The notes under the pieces were generated by a model, which saw only the letters and a program-made list of their open reading frames with translations, was not told the origin of the DNA and ran no database searches. A program made the translations under genes and the position numbers. 57,907 nucleotides of DNA from contig CAWGVG010000052.1 in NCBI GenBank assembly GCA_963825865.1, positions 1 through 57,907 on the forward strand. Reading direction: 5' to 3'. This document shows, in pieces, positions 1 to 10,504 of this stretch. Each line of letters begins with the position of its first letter. Position 1 is the first letter of the stretch. The stretch comes from an uncultured Nitrososphaeraceae archaeon (GTDB taxonomy: Archaea > Thermoproteota > Nitrososphaeria > Nitrososphaerales > Nitrososphaeraceae).

Positions 1-334
1 TTAAGGCTTGACCGATAACCTCTAAATCTGCATCGACAGCCTTTTGCCAGGTGTCATAGAGAATTGCTGCATTGTTGACAAGTATATCTAGCCGTCCAAA
101 TTGTTGCTCTATTTGAAGTGCTATCCTACTAATATTACTTTGACTTGATACATCAAGCTGGTAAAATAATACGTCCAATCCTCTATCAGCTAATTGTTTT
201 GCAGCTACTTGGCCTTTGATAAGATCTCGAGCGGTCAATATTACAGTAAGACCTATTTGCGCTAACTGAAGGCAGGTTTCAAATCCAAGGCCTTTATTGG
301 CTCCTGTTACAAGAGCGATTTTCTTTTTTTTCAT
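1..334 (-). CDS. SDR family oxidoreductase (carbonyl reductase-like), N-terminal part; runs off the window edge
   Basis: Manual translation MKKKKIALVTGANKGLGFETC...GRLDILVNNAAI shows the TGxxxGxG and NNA motifs. Not in the ORF track. Confidence 0.9.
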   Translation of the reverse strand, partial: MKKKKIALVTGANKGLGFETCLQLAQIGLTVILTARDLIKGQVAAKQLADRGLDVLFYQLDVSSQSNISRIALQIEQQFGRLDILVNNAAILYDTWQKAVDADLEVIGQAL

Positions 335-607
335 TGGGACTGTATATCCTGGATTTAGATAAGGGATAAAGATTCAAAGTCGAAGACAATGTAGGATTAC
401 TCTGCAAAAGCAGGAGACTCGCCTGTATTTGACCTGAGGTGAATAACGCCATGACTTGTTTCCTGGCATAGTGCTACAATAATTATGGTCTAGCTATAAG
501 AATTGCGCTGCAATCTACAGTTTACTGTATAAAAATTTGGACGGTTAGGATTATCTCACTATAAACACTAAGTATCCTTGCTAATACTTTCTTTAACGTT
601 CTTCTTG

Positions 608-838
608 TCATTCGATTACCATCATTGTTTGTGTTGCTTTAACTTTCTCAATTCTTCTGATACAACTAATAACTTTTCTTAATTTCTCTGTTGGTTCGGC
701 TGTGAATTTTGCAATTATATCATACGAAGAGCCATATATTTTAGAAGCTTCTATAGTTTGAGGCATAGCCTTTAGTTCATCTATAATAATATCTTCATAT
801 CCTAATTCACAGTAAACCAAAACATATGCTGTAGGCAT
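608..838 (-). CDS. Lrp/AsnC ligand-binding (RAM) domain protein
   Basis: MPTAYVLVYCELGYE...IYGSSYDIIAK...IRRIEKVKATQTMMV is the typical stand-alone archaeal AsnC domain. Start moved to the ATG at 838. Confidence 0.85.
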   Translation of the reverse strand: MPTAYVLVYCELGYEDIIIDELKAMPQTIEASKIYGSSYDIIAKFTAEPTEKLRKVISCIRRIEKVKATQTMMVIE

Positions 839-1437
839 ACATACTATATTAGATTGGTAATTATTATTATTAACAATCCTAAGCCGTTTATGAAAATCCA
901 AGTGAATTGGTACTAGAAGACGTTTTTGTTTTTACTTGTTGTGCTCAAGTATAAAGTAAATAATTTAGCTGCCTGCATAATTCAGTTGCTTATGTTGGTC
1001 AGATCAGACTCTATGTTTTATTCCTATATAGAAGGAAAACAAGAAAGTTTTGGCAAGAGATATTATAATACCCATCTGACATGTTTGAGGATTAAATGTC
1101 CAATCGCTAGAGTTAAAATAAAAATTTCCCTTCTCTCTCCATAGAAGAGAAGTCTGTGGATGTAGTTATTTATGACACCTCCCTTGGTTACTGGTATACA
1201 TCCAGATAATAGGTTGCAGTGCTAATCATAAGTTGGTATAAATGCAAAATGCTAACAACAAGAAACAAGAAGAAAAAGACATGACTGTAATCAAAAGAGA
1301 AGAATACAAGTACACTCCCAAAGAAGGCTTTATCATCGCACACTTCTTGTCCGACTCCATTATACTTCTCAGGAATGGGGAAAAACGAAATTTTAAAAAT
1401 CCATTTTAAATATCTATAGGGAGATACAACTTCCTTT

Positions 1438-1716
1438 CTAGCCAAAGAATGTTATTCAATGAAGCTGGATTTGCTTACAAATGCAACGGTAGTTGATGAT
1501 GCCATCAGGTTTGTATCAGAATCTGAAAAGCCCAAAGATAAAGATAAAAAAGAGCAAGTAAAAAGTTCACCTTCTTCTTCAGATAGTAGCGGCAATGAAG
1601 ATGACAAAGAATCTAGGGAGCCTGATCATAATGATGATGAAAACTCAGATAAAGAAGGAGAAGAAAACCAAGAACATGACACTGGTGGAATAACAACAGT
1701 AAATCAAGTTTTCTGA
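1438..1716 (+). pseudogene. 3' fragment of a Nitrososphaeraceae hypothetical protein (LAKECYSMKLDLLTNATVVDDAIRFV...TTVNQVF), possibly small terminase-like
   Basis: The motif and acidic tail are seen directly and the 5' part is absent. The family link is from memory and from the similar TTNTVF tail overlapping the terminase-like ORF at 9837. Confidence 0.5.
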
Positions 1717-1849
1717 TTATTGCTATGAAGTTTTGATTTCTTGCCATAGTATTTAAAAGAAGGTGAAAGCAATGGTTCTCACTAATGCATTTGCATTTCC
1801 TCCTAAAACAAAAACCTTTGTTATCAGTACAACAGCAACGACTACTACC

Positions 1850-2510
1850 TATTGCTTTAAGCATTTTATTCTGTAGACGAGTGTTAGCAGTTCTCTATAT
1901 AGGAGATATAATATATTGGACTCTTCAATCTTAGGGACATTTGACTGGCCTGTAAAGTTAGGGACATTTTGTGTTAACATAGGGACATTTTGTGTTAACA
2001 TAGGGACATGACCAACTGTTAACTTAGGTACATGATAATACTTATCATATTCAAACTGCTTTGCTTTGTGCGTGATAGCTACACTCTTAAATCATCCATG
2101 TTAAAGCCTGTAATTTCTAAGGTGTCCTTTACCTTGTTAGGTGATGAATCAAATCCGGCCCAATTTCAAACCAGATTAGATATTCATAAAGTGCCGATTC
2201 GATGTTGGCTTTCTTCTTGTTAAACCTCTGTTTGAGAAGTTCCTCTTCGGTCTTTTCGTTGTATGGTAATCTGAAGAAATATATTTTAAAACCTAAACCT
2301 GCTAGTAATTTGTATACATTATATGAAATGTCCACGGCTCCCCTGTCCATACAAACATTTTATCACCATATTCTCTATGGCCGTGTGCACCACTATCACT
2401 TCCGTAACCATGACCATCTGCTATCCTGGTTATAGCCCCCAACATCTTCTGTTGTGAAGATTGGAGCAAGTTCGGGTGTTAAGAAGAAACTATCTGTGTA
2501 AAGTTTACTT
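1850..2510 (-). pseudogene. Degraded fragment of an element-associated AAA+/helicase-like protein
   Basis: Across frameshifts it reads YTDSF-FLTPELAPIFT...ITRIADGHGYGSDSGAHGHREY...VDISYNVYKLLAGLGFKIYFFRLP. The family assignment is recalled, not searched. Confidence 0.4.
1932..2033. repeat. Five TAGG(G/T)ACAT boxes including two perfect 21-bp tandem units
   Basis: TAGGGACAT at 1932, 1959, 1980 and 2001, TAGGTACAT at 2025. TAGGGACATTTTGTGTTAACA at 1959-1979 and 1980-2000. Confidence 0.9.
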
Positions 2511-2979
2511 TTCTAGTTAGGATTTCAGATGTCCGTACCCTGCAGGAAACGATGACTCCTGAATAGGTCGTATTTGCATCCTAGTCAGTTTATCCTTCAT
2601 TTTTAATATCTACTAATCTAGTATGGAAATAGCAAAACCAATCAACAGTAGAAACAACTTGTTATCGAAGGCATCTGAAGGAATTCCAGACCATTGGCGA
2701 TGAAAAATAACAATAGTAAACCTCCGCAATTTTCGCCGTAGTGTCAGGCAGAAATAGGGCGATGGAAATGGAGTCCTAAGAGGCCACGAACAAAAAAGCC
2801 AACCCAATGTCGCGGCATTACACCTGCTTCCTTCGTATTTGCTTCTCAACCAACACCATGGATCTAACCTGAATTATCGAAGGAGATGGTCTGAAAATCT
2901 CCTCAATAAGAGTTTTCTCGCAAGAGTGGCAGAAGAAAATAAGTTGAACTGGTCATATTTGTCGCCCCTATAATTTCCG

Positions 2980-4314
2980 TCAAGTGTCTAAATCGGCCAG
3001 CCAACGTAAGGCGCGTATGCCTGGCATGAAACAATATTCACCACCGCGTGTGACGACGAACCGAGGAAGGTTGTAGAAGGATCTTCGGACTGGTTTGCGT
3101 GGGACGATAAACTTTCCTGTCCCATCGCCGGCTCCTGCAATGGGGTCTTTGTCGCCAGCCTGCCCCAATAAATATACCGTTGTTTACCCATTCTGATTGG
3201 ACAAACTCGAACTGGCGACCAAGATGCGCTCCTATGAAGACGAACATTAATCCTCGATCCGCTCCATCATCCTCCAATACTCCGTCCGGCAGAGGTGGGC
3301 CGTAATTGGTGCCGCGTCGGATCATCCTGTGAAGATTAACTTTGGTAGTGTCTCCGAGAGTGTCGCGTGGATTCGTTCGTCGAATGTGTGATCCGAGTGG
3401 CGTAATGAATCCTTTTGGATCCGTATCTTGGAAAAGGAAATTGTTGTTGCGTTGAGGGTCGGCTCCAAGTTCAGGGTCATCACGTTCAGGGCAGAGGGCT
3501 AATGGGGCGCCACTGCTCCAGCGTCCCATCATCTTTGCAGCTAGCAATTGCTCTTCTTCTGGGCTGGAGGAATTTGCTTTCAAGTATTTCCGGAAAGCCG
3601 CCACGCGTTGGTGGAGTTTACGGAACACAGCGTAGGTTCCGTTTCGGCCGAGTGCATCTGGTTTCGGCATAGCAGGAAACATTGCCAGTCTCGTCGCGGT
3701 AGCCTAATACGAACTCTCCAGCTTTGAGAGGTGGATCTCTTGGGTTGGTGCCTGGAATTCCACTCCCCTCTACTGCCGGATGACTGATCCCGTCCCTGAA
3801 ACCAAAAGGCTCCTTCCCAGTCGCCGACGCGTAGCAATCCTGACGCCAGATAGCTTTGATACCCTGCAATTCCTGGTATGCTTTCCTAGCACGCTCCATT
3901 ACTGGTTCAAGTTTCTGCTCATTTGGAGATAGGGCCGTCAGGACGACGTGCACGTCTTTTGTCCCGAGTGGTTTCTCCCAATTCTCAGGAGAGCTCTCTC
4001 CTGTGTCCCCAAGTTCATGTGCTCGTGCAGCCATTCCCTGCTGAAATTCAGGCGGGAAACTGTCCAGTGATTCTTGCGGAACACCCAAGGCTTTAAGACC
4101 TTGGAAGGTCAAGGAAACGCTTACCCAAGCATCGCCTGCTGGGCTTGTCTGATGCCCTGACGGACGCAACAACTGTACTCAGCTTCTGCATCAGCTCTCG
4201 TCCTACCTTACGGTCATCAATGCGGAGTAGGATGTAGGTTGCCACATAAGGCGAAGGTCGGGGAGAAAGAACCCCACTCTGTATGTCTTCCAATTCGAGC
4301 ACGGTCTTTGACAT
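2980..4314 (-). CDS. DyP-type (dye-decolorizing) heme peroxidase, split by three frameshifts
   Basis: LELEDIQSG N-terminus, EPFGFRDGISHP (GxxDG), GSHIRRTNPR (proximal His), HRMIRRG (distal Arg), QFEFVQSEW and FVVTRGGEYCFMPG C-terminus, spread over four ORFs. Confidence 0.92.
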
Positions 4315-4368
4315 CTCAGTCAACTCCACCCATTAGTCCCTGAACTTTTCGAGGTCTTGGCTGGGACT

Positions 4369-5356
4369 TCAGCCAAATAGATTCTTCCATAATCGTCGTA
4401 GGCTTGATTCACCGCCAAACGTGTAGGACCAAAGAGTGGCGTCTCCTATCAACACGTCACCGGCACGCTTTCCGTTGGGAGGTAACCATAGAAAGGCGTT
4501 GAATTCGCGGTTTCCCGCGTCAGTGAAGGGGTGTGGGCGTGCCATATTGATTGGTTGTTTCGCTAGAACTTTTACATGTTTCTCGTCATTTGTAGTTAAC
4601 GCGAAGTGTGGAAGATGTGGATGCAGGTTGAATGTTGTCACGCCTTGAAGCCAGCCAGGATCGTCCAAGTCTTTCGCGACGGACAAGGGAGCGGGCTCCT
4701 TGTTATCAGCGGTTCGTCCAGGATTGAGACCAAATCGATTCTCGACTGGAATACCCAAAGCATTCATGAGGGCACGCCCGAATCCGCCGAAACGTTGCTG
4801 GCGTCCCACTAAGCGGTCTGCCATGGTGCCGGTACTCTTTCTCGCGCACCGCCGGATCTTCTGAGGCACCGACTTCATGGTGTGGACATAGGATCAGGCG
4901 AGTTCCGTCTCGTCTCAACCATTTCTGAACCGCATTAACTTCCTCCGGCGTGGGTGATTGATTGGTGAGTTGATGATCGAGGCTTAGCAAGAGCAGTGTA
5001 TCTACGTCTGCGAGCATTCGGTCGTCGATCGTAAAGCTGTGTCCTCCTGGATCGATACGTTCAAAGTACGGGACCGGATGCCCTGAGAGCTCGCTGACCA
5101 TCTCACGGAAAGGTTCCCAATCTCGATGAAACAATTCTAGCGTCCCATCAATTCCCTGCATATACGTTTTCGGATTACCCGCCATCTCCTCGTATTTTGG
5201 GTAAGCGACTCGACGAACCTCCCACATGGCTGAATAACGGTTGTTCAACTCGTAGAGTTCCCTGCCTGCTTCAGCCGGGTAACTCCAGGGAACATACATG
5301 CTGACGCGGCGACGAGAGCCTTCTCGTTTGCGTGGTGCTATAGTCGTCTCAGTCAT
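4369..5356 (-). CDS. Conserved hypothetical protein of DyP-associated operons (possible GATase/ThuA-like fold), one frameshift near 4830
   Basis: ORFs 4706..5416 and 4369..4878 join at EYRHHG-D-RLVGRQQRFGG. Same strand as, and tightly linked to, the DyP gene, with the same high GC. Confidence 0.75.
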
Positions 5357-5381
5357 GGTCTCACGCTGCCCTACATCGGCT

Positions 5382-5849
5382 TTACTGCATTTCATCGAGC
5401 ATATTGCTGAATGCATTGCGAACTCTCAACGCCTTCTTGATCTCTTCGACTGTAACACCAGGATAACCCTCGAATTGGAAGAAGCTCTCTACCCCGGTTT
5501 CCCTCAGAAACTTCCTGTAAGCCTCTGGGTCACCTGTGGCAGCCTGGTCATCAGGAAATCCCTCTAGATCCGGAAAGAACCCTGCAGCCCCAGATGCAGC
5601 AAAGATCCTGGCTGCGTCGTCAAGGTACTTGTCCAAGTCCGTGTCAAACGAAGCATAATAGATGAATCGCGTATCATTATCAAAGAGAAGCCACCGCGCG
5701 TAGTGGAGCGTAAGCGGCCTCAATAACTTGTCCATCTCTTCCCACGGTATTTTAGCCCGTTCAGCTGCCTTGGCACGAATATTTTTGCCCCTTCCGGGTT
5801 TTACCTTCGAAACAAATGTGAAGTGTTGGGTAGTCCGCTGTTTTTCCAT
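5382..5849 (-). CDS. Small conserved hypothetical protein of DyP-associated operons (possible dimeric alpha-beta barrel)
   Basis: Intact 155-aa ORF containing LTLHYARWLLFDNDTRFIYYASFDTDLDKYLDDA...LEGFP...YPGVTVEEIKKAL. First gene of the operon. Confidence 0.8.
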   Translation of the reverse strand: MEKQRTTQHFTFVSKVKPGRGKNIRAKAAERAKIPWEEMDKLLRPLTLHYARWLLFDNDTRFIYYASFDTDLDKYLDDAARIFAASGAAGFFPDLEGFPDDQAATGDPEAYRKFLRETGVESFFQFEGYPGVTVEEIKKALRVRNAFSNMLDEMQ

Positions 5850-5879
5850 GATGCATTTTCTCAGGACCCAGTTAATAAA

Positions 5880-5887
5880 TATATAAA
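5880..5887 (-). promoter_or_regulatory. Candidate archaeal TATA box for the DyP operon
   Basis: TTTATATA on the minus strand, ending 31 bp before the ATG at 5849, in a short AT-rich divergent spacer. Confidence 0.5.
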
Positions 5888-5945
5888 CAGACAATGTGTG
5901 CAATTCAATATGTTAGCCTCCTACAGGAAAGATTAGCCATGACTG

Positions 5946-7300
5946 GTGAGCTACGATTTAGTGGTGCTCGGAGCAGGCCACGCAGGTGAAAGTGCTGCGG
6001 AGTTGGCTGCGTTTTTTGGACGTAGCGTGGTGATAGTTGAGAAGAATAAACCAGGTGGAGTGGTCACTACGACCGGAGGGGCGCCTACGAAAACGTTGCG
6101 TGAGTCTATGTTGGCGTTGACAGGTTTTCACGACCGTGAGGTGTATGGAATCACAGTGTCTGCTCGTCCTCGGCTAGCTGTTGAGAAGTAGCTGGACGAA
6201 CAAGACACGTGGTCGAATTGTTGCAGGACGTCACTGCACAGAATATCGCCAGAAATGGCGTCGAATACGTGCAAGGGACGGCAAAAGTCGGTTCTGATCG
6301 AAGAGTTCTCGTTACTTCTCCTGGAGGCGAACATCATGTGCTGTTAGCCAAGAATATTTTAGTGGCTACTGGATCGCGACCATCTCATCCAGACAACATT
6401 CCTTTCGAAGACCCTGATGTATGGGACTCAGAGGAGTTCTTTTCACCAGGACGACGGCTGCCTAAGAGCATCTTCATAGTCGGAGGCGGCCCGGTCGGCG
6501 TTGAATTCGTCACCATCTTCGCCGGGTTAGGTGTTCCAACGACGATATCTGATTCAGTCGATCGACTCATTCACAGTATGGACGCGGAGATGTCGAAACT
6601 CATAGCGAAACATCTCAAACGCATTGGCGTAGATGTTATCCTTGGATCCACGACCAGAGCGATCAGACGAGTTAATCGCAGGCTAGGGGTCACGTTGACG
6701 AACGGAAGATCACTTCATCCTGATGCTGTGCTCTTTGCTGCAGGCCGCAGCGTTAACACAGACGGATTAGGACTGGAGGCAGCAGGCGTTGAGTTGGATG
6801 ATCGTGGACGAATCAAAGTTGACCGCGACTACAAAACCACTGCTGACGGGATCTACGGTGCGGGCGACGTGTTGGGTCCAAGTTTGGCGTCGGTTGCGAT
6901 GGAGCAGGGACGAATCGCAGCTTGCAGGATCTTCGGCATCAAATTAAAAGGCATCGTTGACCCTACGCCTGTTTCCGCCGTGTACTCTATGCCGGAAGTC
7001 GCGGGGGTAGGCTTGACTGAGGAACAGTGTCGATCGCAGGGACTGGATTACGCGGTCGGGCGTTCAGATTTGTCGCTCATCCCACGTGGAGTCATAGCTG
7101 GACACGGAGGAATATTGAAGTTGATTTTCAGCAAGAAAGATCGCCGACTGATAGGGGTACATTGTTTCGGAGACATAGCTTGCAGAGCTAGTCGGCATAG
7201 GACAGATGGTTCGCTTAACACTCCAACCTACACATATGCCTACAAGTATGCGGCTGTAGACGGAATCCGAAAACTAGGCAACTTCAAACAAAAGCATTGA
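5946..7300 (+). CDS. SthA-like pyridine nucleotide-disulfide oxidoreductase (soluble transhydrogenase-like); frameshift near 6190 and apparent short deletion near 7215
   Basis: YDLVVLGAGHAG (FAD), LVATGSRP, IVGGGPVGVE (NAD), FAAGR, YGAGDV, AVYSMPEVAGVG and SthA-like tail NTPTYTYAYKYAA. Confidence 0.85.
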
Positions 7301-7689
7301 AGATTTTCATTAAAACTTCCTTGCTGGTCCGATAATTCGCGGTGCTCACAAGATGTGTACCGTGATTCACAGGTACGAGCAACGAATCGTATTTTTCGCG
7401 CCTATTATTGTAGATATATATTCATGCTTACATCTTTGGATAAAGTCTTGCACTTTTATGTCTGTATCAGCATTGAAAAATGTCGAATCAGTAAAGCCAA
7501 ACACAATCCTCCATTTGTTTATGGATACGTCTACCCTCAGTCTGTTATACATTCAGCAACCTGATAATTGGCAAATTCAAAATACTCATTTCCGAACAGG
7601 CCAAAGCCAGCATTAACGAAAAGTTTGGCACCGAGTTGATGTGTCTGATATTCTTCTATTGACTTTGAATCACAATTGGGTTTTTCCTT

Positions 7690-8170
7690 TTCCTCTTTTA
7701 ACAAAACCAAATATTTGTTACGATCAGATGGTTGTTTGTTCTAGTACTTTGGGAAAGGCGCCGTTTCTTTGCTGACATACCCAGTATCTATCCACCTTAC
7801 GAGGAATATCGTTTTCTTGCAGCTGTTCATTGTGTCTATTGTTTCCATGCATTTTCATTATCTTTCCAGCAGTTACAGTTCAAAGTGTCAAATGAAAAAT
7901 TATTATTTATTACGATACTAGGATACTGACCTTTTAGATCAAGTTCATAGATTTTTGTCACTACAAAAAATGTCCACCACCCATCGCCTGTCTATCTAAC
8001 TTGTAGTTTGGTGTATAGGAAATAGTACATTTCGCCCGATTCTAACATCTTCCTGTATCGAGTAGCATACCATGTACCTAATCTCAGTATGACAGACCAA
8101 CGAATAATCCATCTTTGCATAGGCGAGCGAAAATTTTCATGATTCTTAAGGCAAGACAGTTATGTATCAA
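7690..8170 (-). pseudogene. Family-B DNA polymerase internal (palm, motif A) fragment
   Basis: Manual translation ...QAMGGGH...KIYELDLKGQYPSIVINNNFSFDTLNCNC...YWVCQQRNGAFPKVL. DxxxxYPSI motif A lies at 7914-7940. Several frameshifts and deletions. Confidence 0.8.
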
Positions 8171-8476
8171 GTTCAGAATAGTATGTCCCCGATTTATTAT
8201 AGTATGTGTTATATAGATTGGATGTTAAGCTTGCGTGCGCGGAATTCGCGCTGCTAGTTAAAAGAAATTAGGTTGCCAAAATGTCTGTCCAATATGAGAA
8301 AAATACAGAGCAAATGAATTCTCTGTCTGAAAGGCCTAATCGTTCAACTTACTAATCGACTAACGTGGAATAGTTAAATAACCGAATTGAATTCATTGCT
8401 AACAGTCCTAAATTTGGTTAAGACTGGGAAAGAAGATAGTCCGAAGGAAGGTCATCAGAATCCCTCTGGTAAATTG

Positions 8477-8834
8477 ATGTCAACCTCGATATTGACATCT
8501 TTTTCCGGCATACTCTTTGCGTTTCTGCTAAATATAGGTACTAGGACTCCTGAAGATTTTAGCCTCTTCAGTCGTTTTATCCTTCTTATTGCATTATACT
8601 CCAGTTGCATAGCTATATGTTGCTTTATAATGCCGATTCTTTCTATTAAATTAGGCTTCGAGAGGTATGTGGAACGCATGGAGAATGCTATGAAGGTGGG
8701 CGCCATTGGCAGCAATGATCGCAGTCTTCCTTAGCCTCGGAATAGCCTTAAATGGGTTGTTAAATAAAGAAATGGCATATGCATTTTCGGCTTTGCCATT
8801 CATAATAATAGGTCTGGTTATCTGGAGAAAATAA
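8477..8834 (+). CDS. Small four-helix membrane protein (DUF6328-like), frameshift near 8710
   Basis: Hydrophobic ORF ILTSFSGILFAFLLNI...; the other frame continues AAMIAVFLSLGIAL...LPFIIIGLVIWRK*. Confidence 0.55.
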
Positions 8835-9394
8835 CTCGGGGTAGGTATGACGAGTCTCAATATTTGCCTCGACGTAAAGCTCAAGCCTGAGAAGCAAGTA
8901 GCAATCCAACGCTAGATAGTATATTCGTCTGTCATTTACGGCTATTTGGGTCACAAGCGAATGGTTGAAAATTAGGACACAGCAAGCAAGAATCGAGTAG
9001 AGTATTAAATATATTTAGTCAGAAATATACGTATTACAGAAATGCGACAGTAATGACCGAAAACAGGGGGAATTAGTAGTGCACTATCAGAATGCATGCA
9101 AAAATACACTACACAGCACGAGTTGATGATTAGCGAAGTGATAAACCCTTCTTCTAAGGAAAAATGGATTACCGGAGATAGCGGTGTCCGAGAGTCCCAT
9201 GTCTAAAGTCATCTTATTTAATTAATGCGATCTAATTTTGCCCTTTACCTTAGCGAAACTTTTAATCTCTTCAATATCCTGTGGCGTCATGATCAATTCC
9301 TGTATCTTGTGCATTATCTCAGATAGGAGTGTGCATAGTGTTTTGAAGAATTGCATATGTAATGCAGGATTGAAAGAAGTTTAATATAGATTCT

Positions 9395-9700
9395 ATAGAA
9401 GTTGAAGCATTTCCAGTAGACCATTCCCTTCCCGGTGCTTGTGGTTTCGTATTGCATACTTCAACTGGGTCTATAGGTTATACCGGAGATATTCGTTTTC
9501 ACGGTAGAAAGGTGCGGAAATTCAGATCTTGATATTTTGTTGTGTGAGGGAACTCGGATCCATGAAGATTATTCGGAAACAGAACTAGATGTTGAAGCAG
9601 ATGTCATAAAAATAGTTAATAACACTGAAGATCTTGTTGTATGCTCATATCCTACGAGGGATCTAGATAGATTTCTGTCGTTTTATAATGCCGCAAAATT
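9395..9700 (+). pseudogene. MBL-fold / RNase J-like metallo-hydrolase internal fragment
   Basis: IEVEAFPVDHSLPGACGFVLHTSTGSIGYTGDIRFHG...LLCEGT...RDLDRFLSFY; both ends missing. Confidence 0.75.
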
Positions 9701-9819
9701 ATTCCATTGCATTTTCACTGTAAAGATATTTTGTCCCGCCTGGTGAAAAGCATTGGCATGACCTACACATCCGTTGAACCAGTATCAGAAAAATATAAAA
9801 TTGAAAATACTGTTACTAT

Positions 9820-9901
9820 AGATAAGAATCATACTGATGACATTCAAAGATCTGAAGAAGAGGATAAACAACAATCAAAAACAACAAACACAGTATTTTG
9901 A
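9820..9901 (+). pseudogene. Extreme 3' tail (…EEEDKQQSKTTNTVF*) of the protein family also seen at 1438-1716
   Basis: Acidic tail ending TTNxVF*, overlapping the start of the next gene in another frame. Confidence 0.4.
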
Positions 9902-10150
9902 CAAGTTACAGAACAAACCATTCTGGATCTGGGACATAGAAGAGCATAAGCTGGAAGACATAAGGACAAAAGGAGAGTGCTGTTTTAATCACATAATTGG
10001 CTTACCAATAAAAGAGGTATTAGAAAAACCGATTTTCGATTACCAGGAATTACTGTACGAGGCATTGCTTTCACCGGATTTTTGCAATCCTCTGAATCAT
10101 GATTTCAAAGACAAGCATCTGTGGATAAAGAAGGCAACAGGATTAGGGGC
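9837..10150 (+). pseudogene. Terminase large subunit-like ATPase, N-terminal fragment
   Basis: KPIFDYQELL resembles the adenine-binding Q motif and HLWIKKATGLG resembles the terminase Walker A. The sequence breaks immediately after GLG. Confidence 0.55.
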
Positions 10151-10504
10151 AGATAGTGTTATCTCATTTTTTTTGTTAAACATCATACCAAAAGACTTTT
10201 CATTACATTTAAAAGTTCGTATTATAAAATTAAATTCGCTATAGACGATATTGACAAGTTAGAAAAGAGTGTAAAATCAGCTAAAACTTTGATAGGCCTT
10301 TTTTGTACTTCAGAGATATGCCTCTCTAACACTAATGACTGTAGATTTACGGCTAAATGTATTAAAAACACAAAATTCTCTGACATAGTTACTGTTGATA
10401 TTCCAGCGTACTCGAGAACCATACCTGATGTTAAAAGTATTGTAATTCGTTTTATTCATAGTTATGAAAAATTAATCTAGTTTGATGAGGAAATATTATA
10501 TAGT

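Noticed and set aside
1932-2033. Possible CRISPR mini-array
   Set aside because: The repeats are 9-21 bp and tandem, without unique 30-40-bp spacers; there are no cas genes.
3415-5567. Plus-strand ORFs within the DyP operon
   Set aside because: They are antisense shadows of motif-bearing minus-strand genes in GC-rich DNA.
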